64,000 bases of DNA, taken from positions 4,960,001 to 5,024,000 of the forward strand of contig OY762069.1 of NCBI GenBank assembly GCA_963665095.1, in the 5' to 3' direction. Each line of letters begins with the position of its first letter. Positions within the stretch are counted from its first letter, which is position 1. Source of the stretch: an uncultured Desulfobacter sp. (GTDB taxonomy: Bacteria > Desulfobacterota > Desulfobacteria > Desulfobacterales > Desulfobacteraceae). Both the position numbers and the translations under genes were made by a program. Positions 58,983 to 64,000 of this stretch are shown piece after piece. The notes beneath the pieces were generated by a model. It saw only the letters and a program-made list of their open reading frames with translations, was not told where the DNA came from and searched no databases.

Positions 58983-60947
58983 ATGTCTGACAGAAAAAAC
59001 CGTTTGATGGGGCGGGGGTACACAATCAATATCAATACCAAAATCCGTCTGGGATTTTTTCTGACGGTCCTGCCCCTGTTTTTTATTGTTGGTGCCACCT
59101 ACTTCCCGTTAAGGAATATTGTTTTTGAAAACAGTGCGCGTCAGATTGTTCTTATCAGCAGCAGCGGACAGGAACAGTTCAGCTCTTTCTTAAGAACTTC
59201 CTATCTGTTTTTCCGGGAGTGGGTTGAAGGGGACGTGTTTCGCCTGGCCACAGAGTTTGACGCCTGGGATGACCTTAAGTATCAGATGGATTCCATTCAG
59301 AGGGTGCATAAGGAGTTCCCCATTATGCTGATGGTGAATAAACGCGGCGTTATTATTCAGGAGAGCCGCCTGTTTAAACGTAATAGCAGCGGGACCACAC
59401 TGATCGGGCAGCCCCTTCCCTATTTTAAAGATATCTCAGGCATTGCCAGCGGCCCTGCTTTTGTTGTTGACAGTGGCCCTGAACTGCCCAACCGTGATAA
59501 CGCATCTTTACTTTTGTTTGTTCATCAGACCAAGGATTCAATTGAGAATGTCAACGGCCATTTTTTAAGTTTTCTGGACCTCTCCTCCCTTAAAGGCATC
59601 TGCAATGAAATTTTGAAAGAACTTAAGTCTTCGTCCCTGCCCGGCAGTCATGTGGCCGTGGTTAATATGAATTCTAACAAAGTGATCAGCTATGCTGCCC
59701 ATGAGGATAAAGATGGAAATGACACCTTTAAGCTGCCTGTGACGGCACAGACGCTTGCGAAAGAAGCCCGGCCGGGGCAGATAAAAGTGTTTAACACTGA
59801 AACGGGGAATCAGCATCTCCTCTATCTGCCCCTGGATTTAGAATCTGACAGTGATAAAAAGAAAAACAAATGCGCCCTGTGCCTGGTGCTTTGCGTCCAC
59901 GAAGAGGAGATCATGGCCAAGGTGTCCGGTACGTTGTTTTTGAGTATGGGGATTGCCGGCATTGGATTGGTTCTGGCCCTGGTGTTCAGTGCCCTGACCG
60001 TAAAAATGCTGACCTCTCCCATTACTCAGCTGGTTCAGGTGCTTCAGCAGTATACGGGCGGAGACTCTTCAGTCAGAGCGGAAGTGAAAAGCCGGGATGA
60101 GATCGGTTATTTTGCCCAGGAGTTTAATTCAATGCTTGAAAAAATTGAGGCCTCCTCCCTGGCCCTTCAGGAAAGTGAGGCCAGGTATCGAAATTTTTTC
60201 AACAGCCTTCAGAAAGCCGTCAATTCAAAAAATTACAAGTTTCGCTTTGATTTGCCGCACAATGAAGAGGATGATCTGGTGGCCTCTCTGAATGCCATGC
60301 TGGAAACCCTTGAAAATGCGGATTTAAAAAGCCGTGAGGAGGACTGGATCAAGACCGGTGTGAACCAGCTCAGTGAACAGATCAGCGGGAACTACAAGCT
60401 GGATGAACTCTGCCTTAAGGCCATTACCTTTATTGCCCGGTACATGGAGGCGCTTACCGGCACCATGTTTATCCGCCGGCTGGAAGATGACCACAGTGGT
60501 GCGTTTTATGAGCTGGTGGCTGCATATGCATATCAGCATAACAAAAATGAACGCTACGGCTACAGGGAAAAAGAGGGCCTTTTAGGCCAGGTGGTGAAGG
60601 AGAAAAAACCCCTCCACCTGACAGATATTCCTGTGAATTATCTGAAGATTTCCTCTTCTTTAGGGTCTGCCTCTCCCAGTGATGTGCTGATTTTCCCCTT
60701 GATTTACGAGGGCGAAGTTCAGGGTGTGGTGGAACTTGCCGCTAATTTCAGCCTGGAGAAAAAGCATCTGAATCTGGCAGACCAGCTTGGCAAGGTGATT
60801 GGTGTGGCGGTTTACTCGGCCATTGTCAATGACCAGTTCAAGAAGCAGTCTGAAAATCTGTTACAGCAGCAGAAAAATTTGAAAAAAGCCAATCGTGAGC
60901 TTGAAGAACAGAATCTTCTGCTGCAGGAGGTGGAATCCGAGGATTGA
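58983..60947 (+). CDS. Membrane sensor (periplasmic Cache-like domain, HAMP, GAF, short coiled coil) with no kinase domain
   Basis: 2 TMs, HAMP (PITQL..DEIGYFAQEFNSM), DWIKTG..EGLLGQV..GVVELA; ends KKANRELEEQNLLLQEVESED. Confidence 0.88.
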   Translation: MSDRKNRLMGRGYTININTKIRLGFFLTVLPLFFIVGATYFPLRNIVFENSARQIVLISSSGQEQFSSFLRTSYLFFREWVEGDVFRLATEFDAWDDLKYQMDSIQRVHKEFPIMLMVNKRGVIIQESRLFKRNSSGTTLIGQPLPYFKDISGIASGPAFVVDSGPELPNRDNASLLLFVHQTKDSIENVNGHFLSFLDLSSLKGICNEILKELKSSSLPGSHVAVVNMNSNKVISYAAHEDKDGNDTFKLPVTAQTLAKEARPGQIKVFNTETGNQHLLYLPLDLESDSDKKKNKCALCLVLCVHEEEIMAKVSGTLFLSMGIAGIGLVLALVFSALTVKMLTSPITQLVQVLQQYTGGDSSVRAEVKSRDEIGYFAQEFNSMLEKIEASSLALQESEARYRNFFNSLQKAVNSKNYKFRFDLPHNEEDDLVASLNAMLETLENADLKSREEDWIKTGVNQLSEQISGNYKLDELCLKAITFIARYMEALTGTMFIRRLEDDHSGAFYELVAAYAYQHNKNERYGYREKEGLLGQVVKEKKPLHLTDIPVNYLKISSSLGSASPSDVLIFPLIYEGEVQGVVELAANFSLEKKHLNLADQLGKVIGVAVYSAIVNDQFKKQSENLLQQQKNLKKANRELEEQNLLLQEVESED

Positions 60948-62348
60948 TTAAGATCCCTTTTTCTTACCTGAAATCATGGCTTCAGGTTTTATCCATTCAT
61001 CCATTTGTTCCGGCGTTACCAGGTCAAGAGCGGCAGCCGCCTCTTTTAACGTAATGCCGTCTCCAAGGGCTTTTTTCGCAATCAGCGCGGCATTGTCATA
61101 GCCGATATGCGGTGCCAGTGCCGTCACCAGCATCAATGATTTCTCCAGATAATTTTTAATTACCGGGGTGTTAGGTTCTATCCCGGCAAGGCAGTTGGCG
61201 GTGAACGAGGCAGTTCCTTCGGCCAGAAGCGTTATGGACTGGAGCAGGTTGTAGATGATGACCGGCTTGAAAACATTGAGTTCAAAGTTGCCCTGGCTTG
61301 CGGCAAAGCCGATGGCCGCATCATTCCCCATTACCTGGCAGGCAGCCATGGTTAGTGCTTCCGCCTGGGTGGGATTGATTTTTCCCGGCATGATGGAACT
61401 GCCGGGTTCATTGGCCGGAATGGTCAGCTCTCCGATGCCGCACCTCGGGCCGCTGGCAAGCCAGCGAACATCATTGGCTATTTTCATCAGGTTGGCGGCA
61501 AGGCCCTTGAGTGCACCGCTGGCAAAGACCAGTTGATCGTGCCCGGTCAGGCCGTGGAAGGTGTTTTTCATCCGGGTAAAGGGGATGCCCGTTGCCCGGG
61601 CAAGCGCTTCTGCCACGGCTTCCCCGAAGCCATCCGGGGCGTTTAATCCTGTTCCCACGGCCGTGCCGCCGATGGCAAGGGGATAGAGCCCCTCCAGTGC
61701 GCAAAGAACCTGATCCCGGCTGCTTTCCACCATGGCTTCCCAGCCGCTTATTTCCTGACCAAGGGTAATGGGCGTGGCATCCTGCAGGTGGGTGCGTCCG
61801 ATCTTTATGATATCTGAAAAAGCGCGGGATTTCTGGCCAAGGGTTGTCAGCATCCGGGCGACGGCCGGCAGCAGGCGTTCTTTAATTTCAAAAACCGCTG
61901 CCATGTGCATGGCTGCCGGAAACGTGTCATTGGAACTTTGAGACTTGTTTACATGATCATTGGGATGGATACGCAAGGGGCTGTACCCCTGCCCCTGGTC
62001 AAGCATGGCTGCCCGGTTGGCGATCACCTCGTTGAGATTCATATTGGTCTGGGTGCCGCTGCCCGTCTGCCAGACCATAAGGGGAAACTGGTCATCGTGA
62101 TGCCCTTGAGCAATTTCATCGCAGGCCTGCATGATGCGTGAGGCCGGATGGTCCTCCAGCAGTCCCAGCCGGTTGTTCACCGTTGCACAGGCTTTTTTGA
62201 GGCGGGCATAGGCATGGATAAGGGCCATGGGCATTTTTTCACCGCCTATGCTGAAATTTTGCCGGCTGCGCTCGGTCTGGGCGCCCCACAACGCCTCTGC
62301 AGGCACCTGGATGGTGCCCATGGTGTCATGTTCGGTTCGGTAATCCAT
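60948..62348 (-). CDS. fumC: Class II fumarate hydratase
   Basis: [52 protein letters not shown]. Confidence 0.98.
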   Translation of the reverse strand: MDYRTEHDTMGTIQVPAEALWGAQTERSRQNFSIGGEKMPMALIHAYARLKKACATVNNRLGLLEDHPASRIMQACDEIAQGHHDDQFPLMVWQTGSGTQTNMNLNEVIANRAAMLDQGQGYSPLRIHPNDHVNKSQSSNDTFPAAMHMAAVFEIKERLLPAVARMLTTLGQKSRAFSDIIKIGRTHLQDATPITLGQEISGWEAMVESSRDQVLCALEGLYPLAIGGTAVGTGLNAPDGFGEAVAEALARATGIPFTRMKNTFHGLTGHDQLVFASGALKGLAANLMKIANDVRWLASGPRCGIGELTIPANEPGSSIMPGKINPTQAEALTMAACQVMGNDAAIGFAASQGNFELNVFKPVIIYNLLQSITLLAEGTASFTANCLAGIEPNTPVIKNYLEKSLMLVTALAPHIGYDNAALIAKKALGDGITLKEAAAALDLVTPEQMDEWIKPEAMISGKKKGS

Positions 62349-62385
62349 TTTTTATCCTTGAGTTGATGATTAACAAGTCTGATTC

Positions 62386-62410
62386 TGGCAGATTTTGGAA
62401 AAATCTGCCA
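62386..62410. promoter_or_regulatory. Perfect palindrome between the divergent fumC and aldehyde dehydrogenase genes; candidate operator or leader hairpin
   Basis: TGGCAGATTTT-GGA-AAAATCTGCCA, about 38 bp upstream of the fumC ATG. Confidence 0.45.
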
Positions 62411-62593
62411 AATTTTTTTGGCCGGTACTTTTTCTGCCGCCCTTATTTCGTGCCGGGCAGCAGGGTCTTTGGCGTATAGCAACAGGCAAAGTTGCCGGCA
62501 GAAGGTAGAAACAATGATTTGACGCGCTATGTTTAATCTGGCATAAAATCAGTTGATTTCGGCCAAAGATGGAAATATTAAAGGAGTGATGCC

Positions 62594-64000
62594 ATGACCC
62601 CCCGTGATGAGAGCACCTGCCCCGATGATCTTTTTTCCCTGTATAGCAATCAGGCCCGGGCCTTTTTAGAAGAGCCGGAAATCCCTTTTAAAAAACGGAT
62701 CGAACTGCTTGAAATTATAGAGACCATTCTCATTGACAATGATCAGGATATATATGAGGCAATTTCCCGCGATTTTGGCAACAGATCCATCCACGAAACC
62801 CAGCTTCTTGAAATTTCCCCCAGTATAATGGGGCTGCGGTATTCCCGCCGCCGGTTGAAGAAATGGATGGCCCCCCGGCGCCGCCATACCTCCCTGGTAT
62901 TTGCAGGCGGTAAAAACCGGGTGATTCCCCAGGCCAAGGGCGTGGTGGGCATTGTGACGCCCTGGAACTATCCTTTGTTTCTGGCAATCAGCCCCATGAC
63001 TTCGGCCATTTCCGCAGGCAACCGGGTGCTGGTGAAGCAGGCCACGAACAGCCAGGAGCTGTGTCGCCTTCTGGACCGGCTTTTCTCCCAGAAAATCCCC
63101 CGGGAGTATGTCAGTTTTGCACCCGGTGCAAAGGCTGCTGAATTCTCCAGCCTGCCCTTTAACCACCTGGTGTTCACCGGGTCTCCGGACGTGGGCAGAA
63201 CCGTAATGAAAAGTGCCGCCGAACATCTTACCCCGGTCACCCTGGAACTTGGTGGCAAGTCGCCTGCTATTATTGCCCCGGATTTTAATCTGACCCTGGC
63301 CGTGGAACGGATCATGTTCGCCAAACTGATGAATGCCGGTCAGACCTGCATTGCACCGGATTATCTTTTCATCCCGGAGAATAGGGTTGATGCCTTTATC
63401 CGGGCGGCCCGGGTCGTGGTGAAAAAAAGATACCCCTCCATTGATACAGACGCGTATACCTCTATCATTGATAAAAAGGCTTTTTTACGCCTTGAACAGA
63501 CGCTGGCGGATGCCAGGCAGAAAGGTGCCCGGGTGGAAAACCTGCTCAACGGCCCTGAAAGCGATGCCGGGGCATGCAAGATTTCCCCCATGATCCTCAC
63601 CCGGGTGAATGAAGAGATGCGCATCATGCAGGAGGAGATTTTTGGTCCCTTGTTTCCTGTGATACCTTACAAAGATATGAATGAGGTCATCCGGTATATC
63701 AACGCCAAAGAGCGGCCCCTGGCCCTTTACCTTTTCACCAATGACGGAAAACTTTCTGACAGGGTGATCCGAAACACCCGGTCCGGAGGGGTCTGTATTA
63801 ATGACTGCGCCATGCATGCAGCCCAGCATGACATGCCCTTCGGCGGGACCGGAAACTCAGGCATGGGCCACTACCATGGTTATGAAGGCTTTCTTGAGTT
63901 CTCAAAGATGCGGCCAGTGTTCCGGCAGCCCCGGTTTGCCCTGTCCCTGGCACCGCCCTATGGCGCCAAGGTTAAACGGGTATATGACAGTGTTAAAAAC
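62594..64000 (+). CDS. Aldehyde dehydrogenase (coniferyl-aldehyde dehydrogenase/ALDH3-like); 3' end outside the window and absent from the ORF track
   Basis: AAGGAG RBS + ATG 62594; hand translation gives PWNYP, FTGS, LELGGKSP, AGQTCIAPDY, EEIFGP, PFGG. Confidence 0.93.
   Translation, partial: MTPRDESTCPDDLFSLYSNQARAFLEEPEIPFKKRIELLEIIETILIDNDQDIYEAISRDFGNRSIHETQLLEISPSIMGLRYSRRRLKKWMAPRRRHTSLVFAGGKNRVIPQAKGVVGIVTPWNYPLFLAISPMTSAISAGNRVLVKQATNSQELCRLLDRLFSQKIPREYVSFAPGAKAAEFSSLPFNHLVFTGSPDVGRTVMKSAAEHLTPVTLELGGKSPAIIAPDFNLTLAVERIMFAKLMNAGQTCIAPDYLFIPENRVDAFIRAARVVVKKRYPSIDTDAYTSIIDKKAFLRLEQTLADARQKGARVENLLNGPESDAGACKISPMILTRVNEEMRIMQEEIFGPLFPVIPYKDMNEVIRYINAKERPLALYLFTNDGKLSDRVIRNTRSGGVCINDCAMHAAQHDMPFGGTGNSGMGHYHGYEGFLEFSKMRPVFRQPRFALSLAPPYGAKVKRVYDSVKN

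Noticed and set aside
62666..63829. Minus-strand ORFs at the window end
   Set aside because: Antisense to the aldehyde dehydrogenase that runs off the window

Overview
Chromosomal window from an anaerobic, Gram-negative bacterium. The gene content (cNMP-PilZ protein, DUF362, hybrid kinases, TtpC-type TonB system) suggests a Desulfobacteraceae-like organism; this is inference. No rRNA, tRNA or CRISPR was seen. From left to right: an RND efflux operon; assorted sensory and hydrolase genes; a CoxD/CoxE pair; a sugar ABC transporter with a palindromic MITE-like insert; an orphan ~706-aa protein with a toxin-like C-terminal membrane-localisation bundle; an AT-rich island (decayed nifH-like gene, AraC, B12 riboswitch, TonB receptor, methyltransferase, ABC transporter, IS66 scar); an anaerobic heme-utilisation operon (hutW, ECF transporter, flavodoxin, TonB receptor) divergent from a ttp/exb/tonB operon; a ~17-kb signalling locus; fumC; and a partial aldehyde dehydrogenase. 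The best candidate for an undescribed system is the 44.1-60.9 kb locus. It has CheR/CheB without any MCP, CheA or CheW, one complete hybrid kinase, two kinase-less paralogous membrane sensors, a kinase lacking its phospho-His, an acetyl-CoA-synthetase pseudoenzyme and a butyrate kinase-phosphotransbutyrylase fusion. All product calls come from motif recognition by eye; no database searches were run.
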